DNA of 64,000 bases from Gekko japonicus (lineage: Eukaryota), in NCBI RefSeq assembly GCF_001447785.1, contig NW_015160214.1, positions 135,993-199,992 on the forward strand, in the 5' to 3' direction. Position 1 is the stretch's first letter; every line of letters begins with the position of its first letter. Shown one piece after another: positions 1 to 12,303 of this stretch. The translations under genes and the position numbers were made by a program. The notes below the pieces were generated by a model that ran no database searches, was not told the origin of the DNA, and saw nothing but the letters and a program-made list of their open reading frames with translations.

Positions 1-198
1 GTGCCCCCCCCGTGAGTATTGCAGGTCCCTCTTCTTGTTATATCTAATCCACACCTTCAGGCCAGGGATAGACAGGGGGTATTGTTTTACAAACTTGGGG
101 GAAGCCCTGGGTTAGCAGAAAAATATGAAATATTGGGTGCCAGAAATACCACAAAACTGTTGGTGCCATGTCTGCTTCTTTAATAAAAGTGTGCCACT

Positions 199-404
199 CA
201 ATGTTCCCTCTAAGCTGTGGAGTCTTGTGAGCAAAAATTCTACTTTGTGAGCAACCGGCATTAAAGTTGTGAGTGAGCAATTTGGCTGCTGCCTAAATTA
301 GTTTGCTCCGGAGCCATCCTTCCTGAGCTAAGACAAAAACGTGTGAGCCGGAGACTAAGAAACTGTGAGCTAGCTCACACTCACTCAGCTTAGAGGGAAC
401 ACTG
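199..404. mobile_element. 206-bp non-autonomous hAT MITE (family A)
   Basis: TIRs CAATGTTCCCTCTAAGCTG / CAGCTTAGAGGGAACACTG; 8-bp TSD GTGCCACT (191-198, 405-412). Confidence 0.9.
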
Positions 405-1329
405 GTGCCACTGATATATTTCAAGATTATGTTCTTAGATCTTAGTGCCCATTTTAATAGTTGCTAGGCAGCATGCAACCAACTTAAATTGAGGTTTCCA
501 AACTGCAGTTAGTAGCAGAATGGAGGAAGGGGGAAGAGACACACTAAAAAGGTAACAGGCAAGAAGGAAAAGTAAAACTGGAGGGGAGCAGCATTAAAAG
601 GTAAAAAGAGAAAGTTGAAGATAGGGGAGAGAACAGAAAAATGGGGAAGAGAGACTGTGCCAGCCGGGAAAGAAGAAACAAAATAAGATAGGTAGGTGGG
701 TGAGTGAGAGAGAAGGAAAGGAGCTACAGGGATTGGATCCCTCACTTGCACAGGCAAGAATTGTGTGTGTGAGAGAGAGAGATAGAGAGAGGGAGAGGGA
801 GAGGGAGAGAGAATGGGGAAACTAGGTTTGTTATTACAATTGACATCACAAGCTATATCCAGTAGGTGTCTAACCACAGCAGAACCAGATTACGCAGAGC
901 ATCCCAACAGCAGTTGGAGGCATTTTTATTCTTTAAAAAGCCAGTAGAAAGGCAGCACCAGTTTATGGTGTCAGGAAAAGGAACATGGAGGCATGACCTG
1001 GAAGAAAGGGTTGTCATCACTACAATAAAAGAATCACAAATCCAGGTCATTAGTTGTAGACCATGAACATTAAAATTGTTCTATGTCCTTGAAATGGATT
1101 TGACATTGCCCTAGTTCTGACTGACATACTAAATATCTCTCAGCAATGCCACATCAGACTGCAGGTGGCGTATGGAAGGCTCACTCACAAAATTGAATGC
1201 TTCCCTGTATAATTCCCAGAGTATAGAAAACAGCATGTCAGGGAGAAAACTATGCTAGAATCCTCTTCCTGAAGTTTAGTTTTTTATATTGACTGTCCTG
1301 GACACCTCATGAGAATTCCAGAGAGGTAG

Positions 1330-1615
1330 CAGGCCTGTAGCCAGGATTTTGTAATTCAGGGGGCCTTTAAATACGTCAGGGGGCACTGATGTTACAAAAT
1401 AAAAAAATAAAACAATTTTTTTATAAAACTCACTTTTGTGGCGTTCACACTCTGCTTGCCTACATAGGGAAGCAAGCCGTGCTTGGGGAACGGACAGTGG
1501 TGGGGAATCCTCCAGGTGGCCCAGAGAGCCAGGGGGGCTGGATGGAAGCCGGGGGGGCCTTGGCAGGAAGTCAGGGGGCCAGGCCCCGAAATGCCCCACT
1601 GTAGCTACAGGCCTG
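1330..1615. mobile_element. hAT-type MITE
   Basis: TIRs CAGGCCTGTAGC / GCTACAGGCCTG; 8-bp TSD AGAGGTAG. Confidence 0.85.
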
Positions 1616-2421
1616 AGAGGTAGCCAGTTCACTAGGTTGCAGCAAAATTAAACAGAAGTCCAGTGGCATCTTAAAAATGCAATTAATGTTATGTTTATTC
1701 ATGGTTTAATTATAAATAAACAAACATATGGGTGGAGAGACTGTGTGTGTGTACGAATTCAGTCACATGAGTTCTCAGCTGCTGTCTGAAATGGTCCTGG
1801 CCAATCACAGATTTATGTTCTCAGTCAGAATTAGGCCATGGTGCAAAGTTCCTGACCAAGCACCTAGAGCAGAAGTAGATAATGGAAACTGGTGGCTTCT
1901 CAAAAGCACTAGAAAGGGGAAGCTTTGTGGTTTGCGCTTCCTTGCAACCAGCCGACAGTACAGCTGAGCTGGGACTTTCCCAAATGTAATTGTTCATTAC
2001 ATCAAAAATGACATCAGAGTCAAACCATTTGGAAAGTGCTGTGCCAGCCTTTGTTGCCCGGAAAAGGGTTGGGCCACACACTGAGCCTCCTCCTCTCAAT
2101 GGCAGAGAAGCGATGCTTGTTGGGGAAAGGTGACCACATGTGTAGCGTGTTGCAACAGTGATGACACATTGAACAACAAAGGGAAAAGAGAAGCAGGAAA
2201 ATTTAGTGTAAGGAAGTTCCCTGCCAAGCAACAGGAAAAACTTAACACTGTACTGGAATCTTAGGGAGAGATAATGATAGCAAACATTTTGCTATTCACA
2301 CAGAACTGGAATTTTTACCGCACTGGGGATTTTTTTCTTTTATCCTACATGGTTTCAGTCCATACTTCTGTTTCAGTCCATATAATATTATCTCAGCCTC
2401 CTATCCCACACTTGTCTGGGA

Positions 2422-2977
2422 CCATTTCCACAGTAGTGAAATCCCCCATATTGACGTTTTTAAAACTGAGCATTATGTGAAATTTTCCACTGTACATTTT
2501 TCCTCACCGGGTACAAACCTGAAGTTTTCTCCTTGACTATTTCCGCAGTAGTGAATTTCCCCACATTTACATTTTAAAAACTTTACATTATGTGAAATTT
2601 TCTGCAGTAGATTTTTCCACACCAGGCACAAAACTGATGTTTTTTCCTTCCTACCCCGCTTTTTCAGAACTCACTAAAACTGGGGATTCTGAAAACATGG
2701 TGTAAAAAGGAGAAAACTTTGGGTTTGCGGCTGGTGAGGAAAAATCTACTGCAGAAAATTTCATATAACGTACAGTTTTTTAAAACATCAGTGCAGGGAA
2801 TTTCACTACTGTGGAAATGGTTACCCCACATTTTCAGAATCCCAGTTCTGAAAATGCAGGGGGTAAGGAGAAAACTTCAGGTTTGCGCCTTTTGAGGGGA
2901 AAACTGCTGTGGAAAATTTCACATAACACACAGTTTTAAAAACATCAATGCAGGGAATTTCACTACTGCAGAAATGG
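2422..2977. repeat. Fold-back repeat: two direct ~115-bp units followed by two inverted copies
   Basis: Unit CCATTTCC(A/G)CAGTAGTGAA...GTTTTCTCC at ~2422 and ~2539; reverse complements end at 2820 and 2977. Confidence 0.8.
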
Positions 2978-3395
2978 GATTATATCTCTCCATTCTTCCG
3001 TGTACCTCCCCGCCACCCACAAGTCAATCTTCATGCAAAATTCATATTAGCTTCTTACCCCTAAGTTACTGCAAAGGTTACTGCCAGAGGTAAGTTCCCA
3101 GCACAGAATTTGCAACATATGCCTGATCATGCTGACCCAGGGAAAGCGTAATGTGTAGATAGGTCTAAGATATTCTACAAGACAAGAGGAATGGTAACAT
3201 TTCTTGTAGACAGTGGGACTTAGTGACTCTCGTCAAGTAGCCACCAGACACTGGGATCCACCTTTCTCAGCTGAAGGGAATGGGCTGGTGTATTTATCTA
3301 TCAAAATAATACAGTTGTAATGCTGAGAGAGACAGGAAGAGGGATAGACAGACTCTATATGGGGTGTCTGAAACACCTTCAAGAAGCAAGATCTC

Positions 3396-3398
<3 letters not shown>

Positions 3399-3451
<53 letters not shown>

Positions 3452-3480
3452 CCTCCCTCCCTCCCTCCCCCTCTCTCTCT
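3399..3480. repeat. (CT)n/(CCCT)n microsatellite
   Basis: Directly visible. Confidence 0.95.
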
Positions 3481-3605
3481 GGGAATCTATCATGAGATTG
3501 GGTGGCTGATTGGTTGGAGGGCTTCTGTGCCTATATATCTGGAAATAAAGTTAGCAAATAGTACAGAAATGCCACCATTCGCCAGTGCCGTCTCTCCCTC
3601 AAAAA

Positions 3606-3799
3606 AGGGATGCTAACCTCCAGCCTGGGCCTGGAGTTCTACTAGAATTACAACTGATCTCCAGACTCCAGGGATCAGTTTCCCTGGAGAAAATGGCAGC
3701 TTTAGAAGGGGGAGTCTATGCTCCCTCCCCACACGCTACTCTCCCCAGACTCCGCCCCTAAATCTTCAGGAATTTCTCAGCCTGAAGTTGTCAACCCTA
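3606..3799. mobile_element. MITE with TAGGGTTGCCA-type ends (hAT-Blackjack-like)
   Basis: Degenerate AGGG(T)TGCCA...TGGCAACCCTA ends; internal GATCAGTTCCCCTGGAGAAAATGGC motif shared with many copies in the window. Confidence 0.7.
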
Positions 3800-6296
3800 A
3801 GAGAACCAATCCCAGAACTTGGAGCCAAGAAGGTGCTGTTGAACAGACCAAGAAAACCCAGCAGTCCGTGTGATGAATAGGTGTCATGCACTGGCAGAAA
3901 TTCCTGAATACAAAACCTCCACAAGCCTACACAGAGGAAAGTGGCCCAGCCATTTCCATTTTCAAAGCATATGTTTAATTTGTGGTTAGAGGAATAGATG
4001 CACATGGTGAGTGAGAAAACTTGCTGCCTTGAACATAAAATAGGGATGCTGCTGTGGCAATGTAACAAATGGCAACGTATTTTGAAATCATGTGCGAGGA
4101 TCCAAGAATCTCACAAACCAGCAGTTCTCAGTGAACCTTTTGTTCTACATCAAAGCTAGGGGGTAGATGTCCTTGAACAGAAGCTAACCATGTTGTGTGG
4201 CCTACTGCTTTTGAGATTGTGGGATGTTTCAGATTATCTTTGTGCCATGTTTGTCAAAGAACATTCAGTCCAAAATCTGATTGCCAAACAGAAGCCCCTT
4301 TGCATGAGATTGTTGCCTCTTTAGATACCAGCCGTAACCCCCACCATCACTATTATCAACACCCACCAATGTTTGCAGATCTTTAGCAGAAAAAAATCCA
4401 TGATCAATTATTGTTATCTGGGAATTAGACAAAGGAAAGCACAATGGAAGGAAAAGAGGGGAAAGAAAGGCAATGGGGAAATCTAAAGAGGTTACATGAA
4501 ATCTAAGCAAGAAGGTACACATTGCAAGACACCCCATATATTGTGGTCAGGTTAGTTCTCATGTGCATGAAGACACATCTACATAGGAAAGTGTCTCTTC
4601 CTCCAGAGGAAAACAGTTGCTGAATTCCATGGGGAAAAACCAGTCACTGAGTCAAAGGCTTTGCTCTCATTTGGGGTCTAAAACTGAGTGGGCTTTTATG
4701 GGGCATCCATCCAGATAATATCATGCCCTAATCATCCTCTTTCTGTACCTGTTACACATATTGTTGTAAGGTTATAGCCATATAATACTATTCAAACCCC
4801 AGAGAGGGAAGATGGCTGCAACTGGGGAACTGAAGCATGGAAACTGTGGGGAAACCTGCTGTGTGGAAGGCCCATTGCCTTTATATTGTATAAGCAGCCA
4901 CATCCGCAATGGGGTGTCCCCATCTGGAAACCACCTCTAATCATGGTTTTTCTAGACAAGTGGATGGAAGGCAGATTGAGATAATATATCCTGATACAAC
5001 AGATAAAAGTCGAGGCACAAACTCTTAGCTATGCTAGAGATTAATTTGCAAACCAAGCCCAAAAGGTCGTTCCACTGAGGTCTGGCCTTATCTCCTACCG
5101 ATCGAAAGTTATACTGCTGAGCTTTGAAAACATTTTCTACCTCTCACCTCTGCCTAGGCCTGGATGCTGCTCACGTCAGTCTTTTCTCTTTCTCATCTGA
5201 CCTGATCCACAGTACTGGACAGCTGCAACACCATGCTCCTCACCCATGTGGTCAGACATAACACAATTACACGTGAATTGTGGGTTCTCCTCTGTTCCCA
5301 TGTGTTGCCAGTTTGCATCCCATAATATACATGGAGAGGGCTACATTCCCACACACACACACCCTGCCATTTTTCCAGCCTGAAATAGTATGGGGTGGGT
5401 ACCTGTTGTGGAACCTCACGTGCAGGTTTGCAAACAATCTAAAGAAAAAATGTCCTGCACTTTTAAGAAAGGCTTAATGTATTGAAATGGGTAGCTGAAG
5501 CATTTCATAGCATGGAGGTAAATTATATTACCTAGTATGTAACAGCCCATGAAGCCTCTATTAAAGGGCTGGGTCGTTTTTCTCCAAGCACTTATTGTGT
5601 TATATCTGACATATGCTGGGAACCCAGAGGCAGCCTGTGTACTCCATGATGTGTGAAGAGCCGGTTTAGGTCCTACCATTTAAAAAAGTATTTTTAATCT
5701 GGATTAAAAAAAAAAACCCACTGTTTTGTAATAAAATGCCAGTAGATATACAACTATCCCCAAAATGTTACTTCTTCCAGTCTGACTCGCCTGGGCTAAC
5801 AGATTCGGGGGACTATAATTTGAAATTTGTATAACTTTACTTTCCATAAAATGTGAAAGGCATGTGAATCCTGTACAACCAACTAAAATAATTTTTTTTA
5901 AAAAATCACAGCAATCAACTAAACAGAAAACAACATTACGGCTGGGCAAACATAAACATGACCAAAAATAAATACGAATGATCAAAGCCCATTTCTCTTC
6001 TCTGAGAAATATCAGCAGAGCCAGGAGAGCCACCTGAGGGAGGCTCTGGAAACATAGCCCCTGTCTGATCTTAAACTTTGGAAAATTGAAATGCACTTCA
6101 TAAGTACACTCTTCCCTTTCCAAGGTTGCCCAAAGCTGCTTGGCAGTAGCCCTTCAAGATTTGGATAAAGGGCTTTCACATCAATTGGTCCTTGAAACTG
6201 GAAATGTTGAGGATTAAACCTGGGACCTTCTGATGGCAAGCAGCTGTTCTGCCACTGAGTCACAGCGCCTCCCCTAATTACTTTTGTGTTTGTAGA

Positions 6297-6572
6297 GGAG
6301 AGGAGGAGGAGATTGGATTTATACCCCGCCCTTCACTTGGAGTCTCAGAGCGGCTTACAAACTCCTTTCCCTTCCCCTCCCTACAACAGACACCCTGTGA
6401 GGTGGGTGGGGCTGAGAGAACTCTGACACAAACTGCTCTTTTTCAAGAACAGCTGTGCCAGAGCTTGTGACTGACCCAGGGTCACATCAGCAGGTGCAAG
6501 TGGAGGAGTGGGGAATCAAACCCGGTTCTCCCAGATTAGAGTCTGCACACTTAACCACTACACCAAACTGGC
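6297..6572 (-). mobile_element. tRNA-derived Squam3-like SINE
   Basis: Reverse complement of AGCCAGTTTGGTGTAGTGGTTAAG head ... GGGGTATAAATCCAATCTCC tail; flanking TTGTAGA duplication. Confidence 0.85.
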
Positions 6573-6821
6573 TTGTAGATCCGCAGGGTCTGAGTTTACC
6601 TAAGTAATGGAGCGCAGTCTGAGGCAAAAAGAGAGTATCTTGGAGCATGTGGGTTGTGCACAGCTCCTGTGCTTTTAGAAGGCCCTGTCTATTTGTCAGA
6701 AAGCTAAAAAACCAAACTTTTAATTTTAAAAAAAGATTAAATTTCTAGTCCTTATGATTACCCAAATAACTTGCATATATGTTGGAGGGTGGGCAAGGAA
6801 TGTCAAACTCAGTATTGCATT

Positions 6822-7027
6822 CAATGTCCCCTCTAAGCTGTGCAGTCTTGTAAGCAAAAATTCTACTTTGTGAGCAACTGGCACTAAAATTGTGAGCACG
6901 CAATTTGTCTCCTCCATTAATTAGTTTGCTCTGGAGCCATCTGTCCTGAACTAAGACAAACATTTGTCAGCCGGAAGCTAAAAAACTGTGAGCTAGCTCA
7001 CGCTAACTCAGCTTAGAGGGAACACGG
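6822..7027. mobile_element. hAT MITE family A
   Basis: Same TIRs as 199-404; TSD ATTGCATT. Confidence 0.9.
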
Positions 7028-7342
7028 ATTGCATTACGCAGGCTTTGTATTATGCCCAGCATGAGAAACAGAAGGAGAAGCCAGTCCTTCTTTGAAGACA
7101 GACGGAAGGTTCAAGGCGATCAGATGCATTGGCTGGATTGGCCATCAGTTACTTCGGTACAATAGGAGTGTGATTTCCAACTGCTTGCAGGATACTCCCC
7201 CAATGCAGTTGGGCCTAAAAGTATTACACTGTACCTTTCAAGGGACTGAATTGTGCATTCTGCTGACTTATAAACCAGATGGCAAAATGCTGGGGCAGGT
7301 TGCTTGTTTTAGTACATCTCCCCCCCCCCCCCCCCCCCCGCG

Positions 7343-7834
7343 TGTGAGGCCTCTACACATAAACCGTTTTGGGGGGTGACTGTCCCTTTTGGGAAACAGA
7401 AGAATGATCATTCTGATGCAAGCAACAACAGATCATGCTAGCATACTGAACAAGATTCAAAGTTTTTCCTCTATAGGATAAAACAGGCAAACGGTCAGGG
7501 TCTGGAATTCCAAAAGAAAGTCCACCAATTCCATTCTCAGACATAATACACTTTTACCCACTCCCCTTTCAGAGTACACCCTGCATTCCTTCTAGGGAGA
7601 AAAGGAAAATAATCCCTTTATGTATTTTTCATGAGAGATAAGGATGGAACAGACCCTTGACTGAGATAAGGTTGCTTAGCTATCAGCAGATCAAACAACA
7701 GATTTTGGGTAAGGGTGGGAGGAAGGACAGAAACATCCTTAAATAAAGCTGATCAGCCTTAGGCTCACTAATCAAAATCACTGCAAGAATCTTAAATTGT
7801 TGCTTAACTCCTAATGGAAAAAAATACTTAAACA
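7343..7834 (-). mobile_element. Putative 3' LTR of the adjacent ERV
   Basis: On the minus strand a polypurine tract AAAGGGGAGAAA is followed directly by TG at 7834; candidate CA end near 7343 (distal boundary uncertain). Confidence 0.5.
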
Positions 7835-10150
7835 TTTCTCCCCTTTGAGCCTAAGTTTGGCTCAAAATAAAATCACAGATCATAAAATGCATCCTCTTTG
7901 CTAAGGGCCTTCATGTACATGTAATTTGTGAGGTGGCGGGGGTTTGTGCTTAATAATGTTGGTATAGATTTCATACAGCATAGGGAAACAGCAAATAGAA
8001 AGAAACAGCAGGCGAGCACACATCTCCGCTGAAGTCTCTGGCTCAGTCATTAGTAATGGGTTTCAGAGTGATGCCTGTGGGTTTAAAGTCTTTTACTTGC
8101 CACTTCTGGTCTCCGGGGGTAGGAACCCATGTAGTCCAAGGAGAAGTCTGGGAATGTTGAATTTCTTGTCCCCCCCCCTCCCCCATTCAGGACAAGTTCT
8201 GGTTTGAAGGGCCGGGAATCCCTCTGGATCAGGTTGCTCTGTTCCCCTTGTCACTGCTTCCCACTCTTGCATTCACCATGGGTGTTGATCTTCTGGTTCT
8301 GTGCCTGCATGGGAAGTGTGGATCCAGGAACTTCTCTCTGCCACTCGAACAGCTGTGTTGGTGATGAGCAGGAACTGGTATGGACCTTCCCACTTGGGCT
8401 CCAAGGCTGCTTTATGTCTGCAGATCTTCAACCAGACATCGTCTCCAGGGCAGATGTCATGGCATCCAACATCTGTGGGAACGGTCTGAGATGGTAAAAT
8501 CTGATTATGCAATGATTTCAATGCTCCACTCAGTTGTAACACTTATTTAGTCATATCAGTTGAAAACTCTGAAATAACCTTTCTGAGGGTTGCCTCATTC
8601 CCTATAGTCAAAGGCCTTCCAAACAGGATTTCAGAGGGTATCAGTTGATCTAAGCCCTCTATACGATGGCAGTTCAATGAAGTCAAGTTGCAATTGCCGA
8701 AATGGAACATAAACCCACGGATGTGCATTGAGAGGGCATGTGGGGGCTGGTGCATAATTTTGAGTATGATTTTAACTTTTCACTAGCTATCCCCCCCCCC
8801 CTGTGGACAGTCTGCACACCTATCAGGCAACAGGTACAGGAACACATGGCTGGAAAAGGAACATAGGGTCATGCCAGCATGGGCCCACAAGTCTTTTCCC
8901 CAGGTGGACACTTGCTGTTGCGGTTCGGAGAGATACTCATGAGGATCGAGGGAAAGTGGTGTGACAGATGAATGCAGGAGCAGAGGTGGGGGGGAGGCTG
9001 TAGCAGTATTACAAGCAGACCCACGAGGAGGCCAATCAGTAGTCCCAATTATAACAACAGTTTGATGACCAGGGTGATTCCCGCAATCTGTTCTTTCAAT
9101 AACGGCCTGGGTATTGGGCAATTTTGGGAAATCCACATTGGGCTAGATTACAATTTTAGCAGAGTCTGTTTCTCACAAGCTTCTGACATTATGAGGTTTG
9201 GAATCCTTAAGGAGGCAGGCAAGGTATTCAGAAGATCTTTTGCAGGTTCCTCTGAAACCTCTGCTTCTGTTGCAGTCAGCGTAAAAGGATCCTGAACAAA
9301 GTCAGATGGTGGCAAATTCACATTGAGGGAACCATCCAATTTACAATCAATTGCATCAGATTGACACAACAAATCCCGACCTAACAAATTAACAGGGGAG
9401 GCAGGGGAACTCAAGACATGGCTTATTACCTCCCATGGTCCTAAAGAAACAATAACGGGTGCTGACAGAACATGGGGATGACTGGGCCCCCTATACCTGA
9501 AGCCAGTACACTGTCAGATGGTATAAGAAGTAATGCCTCCTGATGAAGAATCATAGTGCAAGAGGAAAAGAATGAAAATTAACAGCCAGAGTCACAATAG
9601 GTCATGTTGTAAACCGGTTCTGGGAAAGCAGGTGCTAGGGCTGCACATCTGCATTCGGCTGGTTGAACTGGCACAGGTGCCGGTTCTGGTCTCTTTGTCT
9701 CTTCCTACAATCATGGGCAAAATGTCCCAAAATTTGGCAAGCTTGTGACTATCTATTGTTGGAAAATGTTTGGGGTGCCCCCTGTTGTGATACTGGACAT
9801 TGTTGGGGCCCATTATTTCTCTATGTGCCTTGCTTTGCTTTGTATTCCTGAATTTGCAAAGCCACAAACTTTTAATAGAGATTTGCTTTCTTGAGTTTCT
9901 CCTCATGTTGGTTTCCTTAACATCTTGTACTGACTCCCAGTCACTTTGTTCCTCGGGGTTAAGCATCAGGGTCTTATGTTTCAATTTCTCTACTTCTTTG
10001 CCCCAAACAGATCTCCTCCCTCTGCCTTTTAAAAATATAACCCCCACCTAGGTCTCTTAGGCTGCACCCACATATCACTGGATATTGTGCAATCGTTTGC
10101 CTCTTGGTTGGTCTTGTCCACACAATGAAATCAAGCTGTGAATGTTTACC
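7835..10150 (-). mobile_element. Degraded, internally deleted class-I endogenous retrovirus (gag-pro-pol remnants)
   Basis: Minus-strand order: zinc-knuckle remnant SQACQILGHFAHDC (~9750-9708), protease PVNLLGRDLL (~9400), integrase PSEILFGRP (~8630), integrase C-terminal LEPKWEGPYQFLLITNTAVRV..SWIH (~8410-8315); stops and frameshifts throughout. Confidence 0.85.
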
Positions 10151-10574
10151 ATAGCACAATATCCAACAATTTATGGATGAAGCTTTTCAGTCCCCTCTTT
10201 CTGCACCATAGTTCTATCAGAGCTATTCTTTCAGGAGCAGTTCTTGAAAGAGCTCTCTCAGCCCCACCAACCTCACAGGGTTTCTGTTGTGGGGAGGGGA
10301 AGGGAAAGGAGATTGTAAGCCGCTCTGAGACTCCAAGTGAAGGGTGGGGTATAAATCCAACCTCCTCCTCCTCCCCCTTCTCCAGAATCTCCTGCTACTT
10401 TCCAACAGACAAGCATTACGTCATCTGCTGATGCTTTCCTTTTTTTTTTTTACTGTCAAATCACAGCCAGTTAATGGTGACCCTGAGGGGGTTTCAAGGC
10501 AAGTCACTTTCAGAGGTAGTTTGTCACTGCCTACCCCATGACCCTGGTATTCTTTGTGGTCTCCCATCCAAATG

Positions 10575-10770
10575 GGAGAGCCATTTTGGTGTAGTGGTTA
10601 AGAGTGGTGGACTCCAACTTGGAGAACCGGGTTTGATCCCCCACTCCTCCACATGAAGCCAGCTGGGTGACCTTGGGTCAGTCACAGTTCTCCCAGAGCT
10701 CTTTCAGCCCCATATACCTCCCACGGTGTCTGTTGTGGGGAGAGGAATGGAAGGAGATTGTAAGCCGCTC
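10575..10770 (+). mobile_element. Squam3-like SINE; a 3' fragment of another copy lies at ~10223-10376
   Basis: GAGAGCCATTTTGGTGTAGTGGTTAAG head and body shared with other copies. Confidence 0.75.
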
Positions 10771-11959
10771 GCAGGGCAAGTTGTTGTTGTTCATGTTCGT
10801 CATCATTGTCATCTTCGTCTTCCCAGCTGTGCTTAGCTTCCAAGATCTGACAAGATGCTAGTCTGGGCTGTCCAGGTCAGGGCAATGCTCTCCCAGCACT
10901 TCTGAATTAGCCATGGCAGGATGTGGTAGACATTCAATACATCACATGACCAGTCTTTTTACTGCCTGAAACACATCTGGCCTGGGCAGTCGGGAGGTGA
11001 CTCTTCTTGCCTCCTTTTAATGCCTTTCTTATACCCATTACACTGAGCCACATCTTCAATTTTTCTTTTCAGTGCAACCATTGTCTCTTTGTCTGTCAAA
11101 GTTTCTTCCATTTCATCCTCAAAGTGCTGCTTTCACAAAGCCTGTCTTGAAACACAACAGCATCTCCTTGTCTACAAGTTGCTATGGCTGCCAGCTTCCT
11201 GGAGGAAAAGTGACCCGGGCCTTTAACAGCGGCTTAATGGACTGCTATTTACCAAGTAATGTTATTTACCTCCATGCTGGGGAACGCTTCAGCTGTCCAT
11301 ATCTACACATTAAGCCACTATTAAAGGGACAGGGCATTTTTCTCCAGCCCTGTATCCCCATAACAGTATCACAGCCTGGAGGAAAGTCTCTAGACAACAT
11401 GGCACAATTGTACAGTTCTTACACTTACAGCTAGTTATGCAGAAAAGTCTTAACCATCCCATACCTCCTAAACCAGAAGCAGATAACAAAACAGAGTTGC
11501 CACCTAGTGACAACACAGCAATACTACATCAAGGCAGTTCTGAAACTTTTGGAAATGGGACCCACTTCCAAAGTTTCTACTCCATGCTACTTTCCCCTTC
11601 TCCAATACAAGAAGCACACATTAGTTAACACTGCATTACTTCATTCCCCACCCCCCTTTTTGTAGCATTTTTGAACGACAAGCCATGCTCCATAGTCCTT
11701 TTGAATATTTTGCAGAGGCAAAAACAGAACTAACTTATTCTTTAATAATGCTTTTACTGCACTTTTCTCTGCAGGTGGACTCAGAGGTGCTTACACAGAT
11801 TTAAAATAACGTTTCTTGAGAAAGGGGTTAATGGGGGTTATTTTATTTTATTATAAATGGTTTTTAATGTAGAAGAGTTAGCTGCCTTGAGCCATGAGTA
11901 GAGCTGCTAACTGGCCTGTTCCTGTCCCTTTAATAGAGGCAGGCTATAAATATTTCAGT

Positions 11960-12303
11960 GGGCCGCAGTGGCTCAGAGGTTAAGATGCTGAACTACAGAT
12001 TGGAAGGTCTGTAGTTCGACAGTTCGAGACCCTAGTGCCGAGTGATGGAGTGAGCTCCCATCTCTGGCCCCAGCTCCTGCCAACCTAGCAGTTTGAAAGC
12101 GAGAAATTTCAAGTAGATAAATAAATACTGCTTCAGTGGGAAGGTAACAGCTTTCCATGCACCTCGGCATTTAGTCATGCCAGCCACATGACCATGGAAA
12201 CGTCTTCAGACAGCGCTGGCTCTTTGGCTTGGAAATGCCGATGAGCACCGCCCCCTAGAGTTGGATTCGACTGGCTTTCGAGCGAGGGAAAACTTTACCT
12301 TTA
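11960..12303 (+). mobile_element. Sauria SINE, full length
   Basis: tRNA-like head GGGCCGCAGTGGCTCAG, core CCTGCCAACCTAGCAGTT, ACCTTT tail; 16-bp TSD CTATAAATATTTCAGT. Confidence 0.9.
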
